Shown here piece after piece: positions 1 to 16,377 of a stretch of DNA of 64,000 nucleotides. Source of the stretch: the human T2T-CHM13v2.0 reference genome, Homo sapiens. Made by a program: the position numbers and the translations under genes. Within the stretch, counting starts at the first letter, position 1. Each line of letters opens with the position of its first letter. The notes under the pieces were generated by a model that made no database searches, was not told where the DNA came from, and saw only the letters and a program-made list of their open reading frames with translations. The stretch lies in assembly GCF_009914755.1 (NCBI RefSeq), contig NC_060926.1, one strand, 5' to 3'.

Positions 1-1189
1 TGGGAGAAAGGAGGATTATAGTAAAAGTAAATCCTCTTTTATGCAGCTTTCCATCCTTGCTGTGACCTAGATGTTTTAAAATAATAACCTTCTTTGTTAT
101 CTGAAAAATTAATAGAAACCATGTTTAGAACCAATAAAGCTTGTCGCCACCTGTTGAATTGCCAATTCAAGTCAGCCATTACTACTTAAACAGAAAATTA
201 TCGTCATCTGCCAATTATTGTACCTGCCAATTATCGTCATCTTTGCTATTCTTCCTTTTATGAAGTGTTTTGAAATCAGTGTGGTTTGTAAACCACCACA
301 TACATGTATTTCACAAGCAAATATTAATAGCTAAACATGTCATCATTTTTATAGTAAATGAGAAGCAATAAAAAACAATAAATCATATAGAGAAAAAATA
401 ATGGCCCTACTAACATTTTAAATTACTTTGAGGACTAATAAGAATTGGTATTTTAAAGGTTACTTCAATTTCAATTCTATTTTTCTACATAGTATTAAAA
501 TGATAACAAAGAAAAAAAAGTCACCTCTGTACATGAGATGAAAGGAGTAGGAAAGAAAAAACAACCAAACTAAACTAAAACAGAACAAAACAGTTGTTTA
601 AGTAACTCATCCAATTAAATGATTCACACAGTGCTTTATTAGGTTAGGCATTCATTAAATAACCTTCCTAATGACCCAGTGGCATCTTTGTCATTTGTGC
701 AGTGTCCTAAATCAGTGTGCAAGGATGTCACCTGAAGGAAGTAAATTAATTAAGAGCTCTTAATGAGCATAACAGCCTGTTCATTTCACTAAGACATTTT
801 ATAATCTCTTTGAATACAATGTTACAGCTAGAAATATTAACAAAAAATTATAAAGCTGCATCTTACTCTACTTCATTGTTAATTTACATTTATTCCTGAC
901 ATTACTGATTAAACTGTCAAATTATTGAGGAAAGATATTCAAACTTATTCAAAAGTATGAATTTAAATATCACACAAGCTGGCATCAAGCACTTACACTG
1001 ATGGAGGAAAAACACTATTTAAAGTTGAAATCTGAAATTAAGTTATTCAATATAAATGTATTTATTTTTCTCTCAAACTTTGTTAATCATGTTTAAATGG
1101 CTTATTTTTTCTCCAATATTTAAAAGTTAAGGCACAGGTTTTGAACACTTAGGATACGTACTCCTAATATATTAGACATCTATCTTTAA

Positions 1190-1322
1190 AATGTGTATAT
1201 AGAGAATGTATATCTCACATTATGTGTACATTTGTGTATATATGTAGTGTATGCATTATATATGTATACATGATGTGAGGTATCAAATATATATATAATA
1301 CACACAAATATATGCACACACT
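1190..1322. repeat. Low-complexity (TA/TG/CA)-rich tract
   Basis: Degenerate alternating purine-pyrimidine run (atgtgtatat...tatatatataatacacac). Confidence 0.6.
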
Positions 1323-1729
1323 TAACTTGTAACCATGGATTTGCAGTTTTATGAGAAGAAATATTTCCAGAAGACTCACTTGAGTGTATTTACAATCAAG
1401 AATGATGTATGGGCATCAGCAGTGATTACAGAGACCCATCACAATATCCCCTTCAGTTCACATCTGTGGCATTCATGGACCCTATGAACTTTTAGTTTTT
1501 AACTAGGAACAACTGACAGGTAGGGAGAATCTCACATCTCTGCAATCATCTGTATCACAAATTTTTGTCAACAGCTATATAGCTCTTATAACTGGTGAAC
1601 TTATCTTCATTCTGCCTATACAGACCAAAAATTATTGACTGAATATATTTGAAAATAATCTAATGTAAAGGGCATCTCACTGACTACCATAACTTCATAT
1701 CTGCAATCTATTAGCTATCAAATATCTTA

Positions 1730-1990
1730 GCTACAACGAGCCTTGGTTTCCTCATCTTTAAATTGGGATTGTACAGGGGATAATTCTTTAATTTTGCATT
1801 TCATGTTCTCTTGTTGCAAACGATGAAAACATTCTGTTTATTTAGAATTTTCCTCCACATTATTTTTAGTGCTACAGTCTAGAAAATTAGTCTAAATACC
1901 TATCTATTGTGCATAGCTATCATTTTAAAAATATGAAGAATAAATAAATGATCATTCGTTAGCACAACCTGGCCTAACAAATATTAATTT
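1730..1990 (+). mobile_element. Degenerate MIR SINE fragments
   Basis: 'ccttggtttcctcatctttaaattggga' resembles the MIR core; 'ttagcacaacctggc' resembles the MIR 3' part. Confidence 0.4.
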
Positions 1991-2394
1991 TTTTCTGTAA
2001 ATAAACTTATCTCCATATGACAAATAATGTGAATACTGTGGCTTGAGTTTTTGTCTGCCTATCTTAAGAGGAAATAAATCTGTGTCCTATCATTCCCTAC
2101 TTTGCACCACCACCCCCGACACACACACACAAATGTAATAGAATTGAAAGTGAGAATAGCATAAACAACAGGAAGGATGAACATGAAAGACAATCTGAAT
2201 CCTGATGGAAGAGAGAGATTCAGACTCCTTGTAATTCTCATAAAGCAGTTTCAGAAGTTTTATACCCATCTTGGGTCATCACTAATTACAACGAGGACAA
2301 GTACAGAAAAGTCTTGGCACTAAATTGGTGATTAATAGAGTATCAATTATATTTCTCTTTTCAAGCTGCCTCATTCTTGTATACTTTACATATA

Positions 2395-3765
2395 ATAAAA
2401 TATATTGATTTTAAGTATACTATTTGGTAAATTTTGCCAAATCTATACAGTATTGTACCCATCATCAGAATTATGATACAGAACACTTCCATTAGGCCAA
2501 AAGTTTTGTTGTATTTTATTGCAGACAATTCCTTATACCCACCTGAGCTCCTGGAAACCATTTGTTTGCTTCCTGATGCTGTAGTTCTGCCTTAGAATCT
2601 AGAATTTCATAGAAATTGAATTTCATAATATATATTCATTCTTTTGTTTGGGGCTTCCTTTATTTGGCAATGTGCTTCTGTGATTCATCCAAGTTGTTCT
2701 ATGTATCAGTAATTCTTTTGCTTGTATTATTGGTATTTAATTTTATGTCAACATATGAAATTTTGTTTACATATTCACCTCTTTTTGAACAATGGTATGT
2801 TTCCAGCTTTTTTAGCTATAATGAATAAAATTGCTATGGGCACTGAAGTACAAACCTTTGTGTGGACATATGTTTTTATTTATCTAGTATAAATATCTAG
2901 GAGTGGGAATGCTATATCATATAAACATATTTAATTTGGTAAGATATTGCCAATTATTTTTCAAAATGGCTGCATCATTGTGCATTCCACCAGCAATACA
3001 GAATTTCAGTTGCTCCATTTTCTCATTAACAAATGCTTTTGTCAGTTTTTTTTTTTTTTCATTTTAGCCATGCTAGTCAGTGTGTAGTGCTATGCCACTA
3101 TAATTTCATTTTCTATTGCCCTAGTGGATGAAAATATTATTTTTAACAGGCTTACTTTCCATTTGCATATCTACTCTTTTTTAAAAAACTCATCATAACT
3201 TTCTATTCAAACATTTTGCCCACTTTTGTATCAGGTTATCTGTCTTATTATTGAATGATAAGACTTTCTCATACATTCTAGATACATATCCTTCATCACA
3301 TACATACATTATAAATATAGTCTTCATATCTGGGAATTACCTTTTATTTTTCCTAAATGTATTGTTTAAAGTGCAAACACTTTTATTTTTGAAAAAGATC
3401 ATTTTATTTATTTTTTAATGCATCATGGATATTTTTGCCCTGTCTTAACTGATAACTTTATGTTTATCGTAATGCCACAAAAACATTCTCTTGTTTTCTT
3501 CTGGAAGTTTTCTAGTTTTGGCTTACCTTTAGGTTTATGGTCTATTTTTATTTTTCTGTGTACGATGTAATGTCGACCTTATTCCTTTTTTTTTTATATA
3601 AGTAACATTTTTTAGCCCTTTTGTTGAAAAAATACTACTTCCCAAATTAATTACCCAGGCACATTGTTAAAAAACAATTGGCTGTTAAGTATGTGGTCTT
3701 ACTTCTGTATTTTGTGTTTTTCTCCACTGGGTATATAAATATCCTCACACCAATAATAGAAATTA
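2395..3765 (-). mobile_element. Old L1 (L1M/L1ME-type) 3' UTR and ORF2 3' end
   Basis: Typical antisense L1 motifs: 'gattcatccaagttgtt', 'cattccaccagcaata', 'ttttagccatgctagtcagtgtgtagtg', 'ctggaagttttctagttttgg'. Confidence 0.75.
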
Positions 3766-3789
3766 GTTTTCATTGTTTTGTAGAAGAGA

Positions 3790-5220
3790 AATTGGGAATA
3801 TCAAAGCTAAATTTCTGCTGTTGCCTTGGTACCCGGAATTCCTTTCATTAACCTCTAAAGAGAGTTTTTTTAAAAGGAAAAATATATATTCTTACATTTA
3901 CTCAAATATTTGCAATTTCTGGCACTCTTTATCTGGGCAGATCCAAAATTTCATCTGGCAAATTTTTCCTTTGTTTAAAAACATTCAATTGATATTTATT
4001 ATAGTGAAGGTATGTAGGCAATGGATATTCTCAGCTTTTGTTTAGCTGAAAAGTACTTTATTTTACTTTCATTTTTCAAAGGTGTTTTCGTTGTGCTTGA
4101 AATTTCAAGTTGACATATTGTCTTCTGTTTTTCTTTGTGTTCTAATGATGCTGTCCAGTTGCCTCTGGCTCGCACATATTCTAATATGAAGTTCACTATC
4201 TTTCTTCACTCATTTATATATAAATTATTTTTATTTCTGGCTGCTCTGAAATTTTTCTGTATTACTTGGTCTATGTATTTCAATTAAAATGCATTTATAT
4301 GCTTTCCTCTATGTATATTATGCTCGAGTAGCTTTTTAGCTTCTTAGATGTCTTGGTTTATATTTTTATCATATTTGTTCATTTTTTGTTCAAATATTTT
4401 TTATATCCTTCTCCCTATTATGCAAGTCCATTTACACATTTTTTTAGAGAATTTGAGATTGTCCCATGTGTCATTGATCCTCTGTGAATTTTCTTCCATA
4501 TTTTTTGCATCATTTGGAGAGTTTCTATTGTTATATTTTTAATTTCATTGACATTTTGCTTCTGATATTAATTCATTTCAGGTTATTTTAAAAATCTCTG
4601 ATCTATTTTTATCTCTAGAACTTTTATTTCATCACTTATGTGTCTGATGTTTTTCCTTATCATATTTGCGCTTTTGTTTACTTATTTTAAAGAATTGGCT
4701 CACTTGATTGTGAGAGCTGGCAAGTCTGAAAACTGTAGTTTAGGCCAGCACAATCAAAACTCAAGCAACATTTCTATGTTAACGTCTTGAAGCAGAATTT
4801 CTTCTTCTACAGGAAATCCCAATATTTGCTTTTAGGACTTTCCATTGATTGTAGGAGGTCCACTCATTTTATCAAAGGCAATCTCCTTTACTTAAAATCA
4901 ATGGGGTGCAAATATTAATCACATCTAGGAAATACCCTCACATCAATATCTAGACTAGTGTTTGACCAAAAACTAGACACCATAACCTAGCAAAGTTGAC
5001 ATATGAAGATGAACATAACAACTGCTTTCTTCTGTTTGAATTTTCCCTTCCTGAATTATGGCTTGGGGATTGTTTTCAGATAGATAGTAATCTGATGAAA
5101 TTGTCATGCTCACTTTTTTTTTTAAGGCTTCTTTCAGGGATTGCTGTTTTGTGTTGCCTATTCATTGTTTAAAAATTGTTATTCTGTGTTACTTTTTTTC
5201 TAGTTGGTTAAGGTAGGTAA
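3790..5220 (-). mobile_element. Old L1M inter-ORF/ORF1 relic, interrupted by an MLT2 LTR
   Basis: 'ggatattctcagcttttgtttagctgaaaagtactttatttt' and T-rich antisense ORF1-like composition. Confidence 0.55.
4683..5020 (-). mobile_element. ERVL LTR, MLT2 family (MLT2C-like)
   Basis: Ends 'ctagcaaagttgacatatgaagatgaacataaca', the reverse complement of the MLT2 start; also 'aagaattggctcac', 'tagactagtgtttgaccaaa'. Confidence 0.75.
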
Positions 5221-7260
5221 ATAATTATGCTTGTTTACATTAATTTTGTATTTTTCTTTGTCATTCATGTGCATTTTTACAGTTAAAAACTGAATTAATA
5301 AAGAGAAAGCTAAGATAAAAATATTAATATAAGCATTACAACTTAGAATAACTTGATAAATATGCATAGTAAAATGATCCTATGGAGACCAAGCTATTAT
5401 GAATCTGTTTGGGCTTGGAGAATTGAATCTGTATGACAGTTTTAACGAAACAATCCTTTGTCCAAATAAAGGAGAAGGAGTGTGAAAACTTTTCATTTTT
5501 ACAAGAAGGAGCTTTCTGGTGTTACAATTTAAGTGTCTGAAACAATCAGAAAATACTTTTAGTATTTTCTCAAAGGAAACTAAGAGATGGAATTGTACCA
5601 CTCAGTGTACTTTTTTGGAGAAGCTTGAATACTGATCACAAAATTGATGGAAAGCATTATGCGCTCTGCTGGGAAAGAAACACAATATTTTATTAGGAAA
5701 AAAAATTATCAAATGGTGTTATTTCACATTCCATAATTGTACTGGCAAACAATCTGTAAGAGCAGTTACTGATGCATACATGACCCAGTAAATATTTTGC
5801 TTTACAATCAGATTAAACCTCTGATATGCAAACTACAAAACAATTCCTGGCATAGAAGTGGCAAATATAGGAGATCAATGTGTTTGATGAATGTTTTTGT
5901 ACTCTTATCTGTGGAACTCTATTACACTGTGAGGAAATTTCCATTTATTTAAAGTTTATTTTGTAAACTATTATGTAAATCTCAATAGGTGTTTTCAAAT
6001 TAGTGCTGCTGGAGTATCAACTATATGTAAAGCAGAAAAAGTGCTATCATACAAATAAAAATATAATTAGATATCTACTGAACAATATTCACAGAGAATA
6101 GTTAGTTATCATTTCTCCATTTTGTTGCCTCAATGTTGCCTGAAATCTTAGGTAATTTTTATAAAGACAATTTGCATTTCCTGTGCCTTATGCCAACAAA
6201 GAGGAAATGTATTTTAAATATACATAGAATATTTTAAATTTACATAGATGCACAATTGATTTGCAGAGACAGGTATTCATACTTTTAAAATGAGGAAGAA
6301 CATATATTAAAAAATGACAGCATAAATAACATCTTGACTATATGATAGAACTTCTAAAGACCATTCCTATTTATTTTTTGAGTGAGTGGTTCAAAGGGCA
6401 TATCTCAAAAATATAGTCAGTCTATTGAATATGCTGACATTATTACCTGAACTGAAATATCATGATTTTAATTTTGAAGTTTTCTTATTAAACTATGCTG
6501 AAAGCATTGGCTAGCCAAACTTGTAATTTTTTCTGGCACATGATGATTTTTTTGCTTACAAACACATATTTAGAATATGTTAAGAAACATTTAAATTCCA
6601 TAAGAAAACATGAAAAAATGATTTTATGAGCTGAATAGAATGAGGAAGCAATAGGAACATAATGATGCTATCTCCTAGATTGAAACAGTCAACCTCTTTG
6701 CCGTACCTCCACTCTCATCCCAGCTGTTAAATATGATATATTAGTAAAGGACTCATCTTTGAAAGAGCTAAAATCTCTCTTTACTGAAGAATACACCTCA
6801 CTTTCTGGTTTGTGTTCAATTAGAAAATCAAACTTATCAAGCACACATCTTTTATAATGAGCCTTAATGTGCAAGTAGTTATTTAATGTATTATACAAGC
6901 GAATAAGAAAACAATAAGAAAAGATGACAAACATCTCAAGCAATTCTAATTATAAATATATTTTTACCAAATAGAAGAATTTTTTCTGATTAGTTTACAA
7001 ATATTATGACCATCTATGAATAAAGACATATAATTTGATTTCCATGTTTCTTAATCAACAATTTATGAACTAGTACACTTCCAAAGAAATGTTGAGAGAC
7101 AGAGTGCTACTACTTGAAAAATCCCAAAGAAGGCATTAGGTCAGGGAAAGGAGAGAGCTTTCTTTGTCTTATTCCAATTTTGCACGCTACTCCTGCTTAC
7201 CATACTTATACACAAAAAACCATATAATCACAAATATAATTATAACTATAATCATAAATA

Positions 7261-7410
7261 GGCTGGCCAGAGTGGCTCACACAGGTAGTTCTAGCACTTT
7301 GGGAAGCCGAGGAGAGCAGATGGTTTGAGCTCACGAATTCAAGCCACTGCACCCCAGCCTGGGATCCACAGCAAGACTCTGCCTCAAAAATAAACGAACA
7401 AACAAAAAAA
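7261..7410 (+). mobile_element. AluJ-like element with large internal deletion
   Basis: Left-arm start joined directly to the right-arm end (gccactgcaccccagcctggg...) and A-rich tail; TSD ctataatcataaa at 7246-7258 and 7414-7426. Confidence 0.8.
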
Positions 7411-7944
7411 GAGCTATAATCATAAACATATACAATAAATATAATATAATCATAAATAGACAGCTTCCTATGAAGCCTTGCAAACTTTGCAATATAAATA
7501 GTAAAGAAGTACTCTTTGGAAATTTGTTTCCAATTTTTCTCTCCTCAGAACAGAAAGTTTCCATTCTAATTAGATGTTTATGATACCAACAGTTTCAGTA
7601 ATTGTGTGAACTAGAGAATTTGGTGTAAATATAACAATAACAGTGATAAATCATAGGTCAAAAGTTTTTAACAATTGCTCATAATATCTTTTGAGTAAAT
7701 AATTTATTTTTGTTTTATTCTTATAAATATAATAGGAATTTTTTTCCTCAGAATGTATTATTAGTGTGTGTGCCTTGGCCATAATGTGATCTGCTTAATT
7801 ATATGTTTTAATAGGATTATAATTCTCGCTTTGTATGCGCTAGAACCATAGCTTTGAAAATGTTTGAGTAAAAAATAGTTAATTAACTTCCTATAATTCC
7901 AAGTGTATTATAGGAAGACATTGAGGAATAACAATGTACCCCAT

Positions 7945-8310
<366 letters not shown>

Positions 8311-9129
8311 TGACTTCTTATGGGTTGTTTTGCTGATAATTTCTTTCAATACATAATGAAATTATTTAAATGAGAAAAATCTGAGAAAATTTGTTAATAG
8401 ATTTTATCAGAATGTAGATTTAGGTCATAATCCTTGTTAGGTTTGGAATGCAAGTAAAATTTCTGACTTAGGGTTTTCTGGTTTTTTATAAAAATTAGCT
8501 TCTACTCAGCCAAAGATGAAACAATGATGTTATACACAGAATCTTACTACCAATACAAGTTAAACAAATCAAATCAAAACAGTAAAATTCAGGAAAAAAA
8601 ATATAAGTATCAATATAACAGTAGTATTTCAGGTTTATGTCATAGTATTTTTTAAAAAATGGTATACTTAAGATAGAAAAATAATTTAAAACCACTCAAA
8701 CCAGCTCTTAACACCACCACAACCCCAATACCTGCTTGCAGGAGTAATGAGAAAGTAATTTGAGTGGACAATTATATTTTTTCAGTAGTCACCAGTTTAG
8801 AACACTAGCATAAAAGGATGAGAATAAATAAAGCCAAATGCTAAGCAGAAGATACGCAAAAGAAGTCTTCAGTGGTGGTGAGAATTAATCTACATAGGAG
8901 AAACCAGTGAGATGATTCTGGGTTTTACAGATACGGATTGTGGGTATGGTGGGCTGTTATGTGGAAGGAATTGAAAACTGAACCACAGCCTTAAACTTTC
9001 AATTAAAAGTAAAGATATAAATAAGAATGTTGCTTATTGTAAGTTATGATCCATGCACCTTTACTGAGAAACATATTTAAGAGGAAACAGAAGTAAACAT
9101 GATAGAAAGCAGAGACTTGATCTAACATA

Positions 9130-9615
9130 ATAAAGGTGAAATTAGAAAGTCAGTAGAAAGTTATTTGAAAAAGAAAATCATGATACCTTATGTTTAACAA
9201 AATCTGTAGAACTTCTGAAAGAGAAATCATTTAAGAAATAGAATTAAAGAACACAAAAAGAGAAATACAGAGAGAATGTATGTGAAAATTGGTGGTTCAA
9301 TCTAGGGGTCTCAGAAAGAGGGAACAGTGAAAACAGATGAGCGGAAGTTCAAAAAAGTTTAATATGTATCAAAATAATTATTAGAACTAAGGGTTACTAG
9401 TGCCCAGACTGAAAGAGCCTTCCAACCAATTGGCTAATGAGAATGAAACATCTATACCAAGCTTATCACAGTGAAATTTTGGAACATTCAAATAAAGACA
9501 TCTTAAATCTTCAAGAGTTTTTTGTTTTGTTTTGTTTTGTTTTGTTTTCAAGCCACATATAAGACATATTAAAAGAAGTTACCATGGTCTTCTCAGCAGT
9601 GTTACTGGAAGATCT
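9130..9615 (+). mobile_element. Old L1M ORF1-region relic
   Basis: A-rich; 'aggggtctcagaaagagggaacag', 'cccagactgaaagagcc', 'cagtgaaattttggaaca' resemble ORF1 of old L1M. Confidence 0.5.
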
Positions 9616-9693
9616 TGGTTCACAATTCTTATGGAGCTGATTCCAATATTTTATTCTTCTACCCTATAACCACTTGCAAAAAGCAAAAGCTTC

Positions 9694-10063
<370 letters not shown>

Positions 10064-10897
10064 CTACACACTAGGCTTTAGCATTTTTCTCTCATCCACC
10101 TAGAGAGAAAATAATCATTTGAGGTGTCAAGTTCATTGAGAATTCTACTCCTCAGTGTCTCAGAAAAAGTGAAATGTCAGTCACCCTCTGATTCTGTATC
10201 TAACATCACTTAGTGTGTCCCTAGCCGAATTAAGGAGGTAGTTCAGAGTCTTTCGGCCTTGAGCACACAGACAGTATCATGCTTATCCAAACACAATTTT
10301 ATCAGTACTACTACGGTTTCTCCAAACTGCAGAAAATTAACTGACCTTTGGGGGGACAAGGTAGGCGGAAGGTTGGTATCTCTTTTCTAAGTTAGAATGT
10401 TTTTTAGTGCAGTAAGTCCCAAGTACACATGGACTGTTAGTTTTCTCTTCTACTTCTTAACTGAGAACATAAAGAATTGTGACCATATGTGCTACAGTCT
10501 GCATGACACTTACTGAGAACATCTGAATCACCTAATAGCACTGACTAGTGTATTTGTTCACCTTGTGAAATTGTGGTTGACTCCAACATAAGCATATTTA
10601 ATAGCCAGCTATACATGGGGTTCCAATTTTTTTCTATATAGCTTAAATGAGACCATACGCAGTGTTAAGGGTTGAAGGAAGATATCAGGGCAGGAAACCT
10701 AGTGGATAAAGCTCGGATAAAACACACAGGTTTCATGGCCTCCCAATTTTACTAAAATAAAATTTGTAGATAGTGAATTAGATATAAACTAGTTCATTAA
10801 TGCAGACCATTCTCCTTTCCTCATGAAGAGCCAAAGTTGTACTAAAATTCATGCAAATTTAATACAAATTTAATTTGTATTAAAATTGGTGAGTCAT

Positions 10898-11294
<397 letters not shown>

Positions 11295-12214
11295 TCAGTC
11301 TCACTGAAGGAAGCCTGCTCCTCGGGAAAAAATTCACACCTTCCCTTTTATGTCACTATTCTTGACATAAATGCCTTCATCTTGCCAGGCCTAATGCCAT
11401 GTAGAAAGAAAAGCTGGGTTCCCTTCTACCCACTATGTACTGATATCTCAAATTACAAGACTGTTATATAGAATTCTTCAAATGAAGAGATTAATCAGTG
11501 AGATTGCCTTATATGTATGAAACACAGTTAATGTAAAACTAGCCCTCTAGATATCAATTAAATGTACGCTACTAAATTCTGCTCTTCATCTTAAACTTGC
11601 ACAATTTGTCTTTTCTCACCTAGACCAATATGAAACACAAAGATCCTTGCAGTCTAGAAAAAATGGCCAGAGGAGCCTCAAATTCACTATCAGAAATTCC
11701 AAAGTGTGATGTATTTCTATTGGGTACAAAAAAGAAAACTTGGGCCTGCCATGCCTAGTAGAGTTGATCTGAAATGGCTACATTTTTCACACTTGATTAC
11801 TATTTGCATGAATGCAATCATGCAACACATACTCTAAATAAATACAAAAGTATTTGCTCTATTTGCAAGGAATTCCTCCAGGTTTATTGGTTCTTAATCT
11901 ACTCTATACTTTTGGCAAGATTTCATTTTTCCTTTATTCTGTACTTGTTTCCCAGCTTATCTTAACACCATCTATTTTTTACACTACAGTTTGGATGTGC
12001 TAAAGGGGATGCACGGTGGGTTTTGTTAGGAAGGTGCTTTTTGATAAGAAGTTCCATAATCCTGACATAGACATGGCCATCGGCATTGCAGTAACCATGC
12101 CTAGAAAACTCTTTCAAGTGTCTACGTGGACACAGAGAAACATAGCTTAATGAAAGGAGAAGTTCTTACATTTTAAGATTAAGATTAGATTAATCTTAAA
12201 TCTTGTTTGCCACT

Positions 12215-12745
12215 AGAATCCCATCTTCCCTGAACATTTTATTCCCCCATTATTACCCTTCTCATCAAATGTTCTATCATTTATGCAGTTGCTACAGCCA
12301 CAAAGCTGTAAATCAGAAAATATTTGTTCTTATCCTTTCAAAACACATGTGAAATCCTTCCATTTCACTCTACCTACAAATCTATAAACTTAATCTATTG
12401 ATGATTTCCTCATAGACAATTGCAGTGTTATCTAACCTGTGTACTTGATTTTTCTTTGGTACCTCTGGATTACAGATGAAATGTTAATGAAATCCTATGT
12501 ATCTTTTTGGTACCTCTATAATTCAGAGGTACCAAAGAACAGACAAAATAATAATTTTTACTTTCCCTACCCCAATCAAAACTCTCAAATAGCTGACTCT
12601 TCATAGAAAAAATAAATTAAGCTTCTTTTTTTTCTGGAAGGCCTTCCCTAAAATTTACGGAGGGCGTTGTCTCCAAATTTCCCACTAGTTCTTTTTAAAA
12701 TTTTTTATATTTAAAAACTGAAAGAGCCTCCTTGTTGTTTCTTGA
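12215..12745 (+). mobile_element. Degenerate L2 LINE relic
   Basis: 'ccatcttccc...cagttgct...cctttcaaaacacatgtgaaatcc...aaactctcaaatagct...ttgttgtttcttgaatgtg' follows L2 motif order. Confidence 0.45.
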
Positions 12746-12749
12746 ATGT

Positions 12750-13615
<866 letters not shown>

Positions 13616-15693
13616 GCCTGGAAGCAGTGGGAGAACTCTCCTTATTTTACTAGAATGGAAAACTGCCTTAGAATGGTTTCATATTGAAAGAAAGACCTGC
13701 CAGTCTGGGGAGCTTCTGCAGTGATACTGTGCACCAAAATAATAAGCAGTAGGAGCCTGCAATTCAGGCACTGGACCTTTCCCAGTTGTTTATGGAAATC
13801 AGACTGACACCTCTTTTGGGCAGCACAAGATTTTTGTAGTCTTCAGAAAATCAAAAGTGAAGAGAAGATTCCCATGAAGGAGATGGAATTCTTAATAATC
13901 TGATCTCTCCATACTTGAATCATAATTAATTACCTAAAAAAGATAAATTATGTAACTGTAAGACTTGTACTTTCAGCATTGTACTACAGTTTATAGTTAT
14001 TGCATCCATTATTAACAAGAGTTGGAAAAGGCTGAAATAGCCAATGTACATGGTAATACACATGTTTGGAACCATTGCTAAATACTATTATTTATGATGG
14101 CAGGAGGCTTATTTGTTCTAGGTTGCTTTTAAAAGATCAAAGCTGTGAAATCAATCTCAAGAAGCAGGTGTTTTAAAAATATTACTCTGATAATTGTATA
14201 CTGATCAAAATTGTATCTTCTACCTCACTCATATCTCACTTAACTTCCTTTTACACAATAAGGCTTGTGACTGATGTTGGTTAGGGGTCAACTAAATGAG
14301 AACGAGGTGTGACTGACTAATATAGCTACATTAACAATCTCAAAAATGTTTTCCTTTAAAACATTGATTCTCGCTGAGTTATGCTGCTAAATTCTTACTT
14401 TCTTAAATTATACTCAAATTTTAAAATCTGTATATTTAAGAAATAATTCTATATCAACAACCACACTTTTGCTCATGTTTAATACAATCTCCTGAGTGTA
14501 TGAATCTAAATAAGTATCACATTCTGGTTGAGGATGGTAAAGGACTATCTACATACTCAAATACTTAACAAATGTAAAGATCATTAAGCCTCATGTAAGC
14601 AACGAATTTTGCTGTGGTTAGTAGTCTAAGACCTTTATTTCTCCATCACCTCACTGCAATGTTCTATATTACTGATGAAAAAGAATAACAAAAGATAAAA
14701 CCATGACATTACAGGAAAATTTCCAATGGAGTGTGTCTTTATTACAGAAGTTTAAGGCTTACTTTGAATCAAGTTCTTTTACTATCTTCCACGACTATTC
14801 ATGGACAATAAACAGAACATTTCAGAATATTTCATTAATATTTATGAGCTTTTCACACGGCTAGTTACAAACCAAAGTATTTCAATTTGTTAAACAAGAA
14901 AATATCCTGCTATGAATTATGTACTGATCATTTTATTTTAGCAAAATGATATAAATCAGTGCCTTAGAAGTGAATGATGTATTGAAATCACAGTGTTTAC
15001 GCTTATTCAGTTACAGAATTGTAACAATTATCCACATCACATAGATACATGGCTACTTATACATTTTCTCCATATGTGGGTATTTTTTCACCTCTACATT
15101 TTTACACCTTGATGTACTTTGCCCTAAAGCTGTTCTCTGTTTTCAGAGCATTATTAATGCTGCTTGTCTACGGGAAAATCCTCATGACTCTCCTGTTGCT
15201 GGATAGTAAGTTGTTTATCCCTAATTATGGCTGGAATTGTTGATCATCAACAAGAATATTGTCTATACTGTAGATTATATTAGCAAAACATTAATTCATA
15301 AACATAGGCAGGTGATTCTGTAACTTAATTTGTTCACAGAAATTGCTAATTTATTTGAAAATTAAAGAACAAAACTATAAAATAGAATAAACACTAAAGC
15401 TATTAAACCAAGTTAAGGACTTCAAAAATGGATGGATTTTGTTGGATAAGAATTTTGTTGGTGGTGGGCTTTAAAAGAGTTTTTAATATAAGGCCTTTAA
15501 ATCATATTATGATGTTATCAGTGTGAATGATACAGATATCATTCTAACATTATCTTCTTTATTAAATGATTATAGCACATATAAAGACTTTTCAGTTCAC
15601 TGGAACTGAATCATCTTTTTGTAATAACCACTGTAATAACTGTATCAGGCAATTTCATCAATGGATGCTAATGCTGATGGGCAAAAAAAGTTA

Positions 15694-16377
<684 letters not shown>

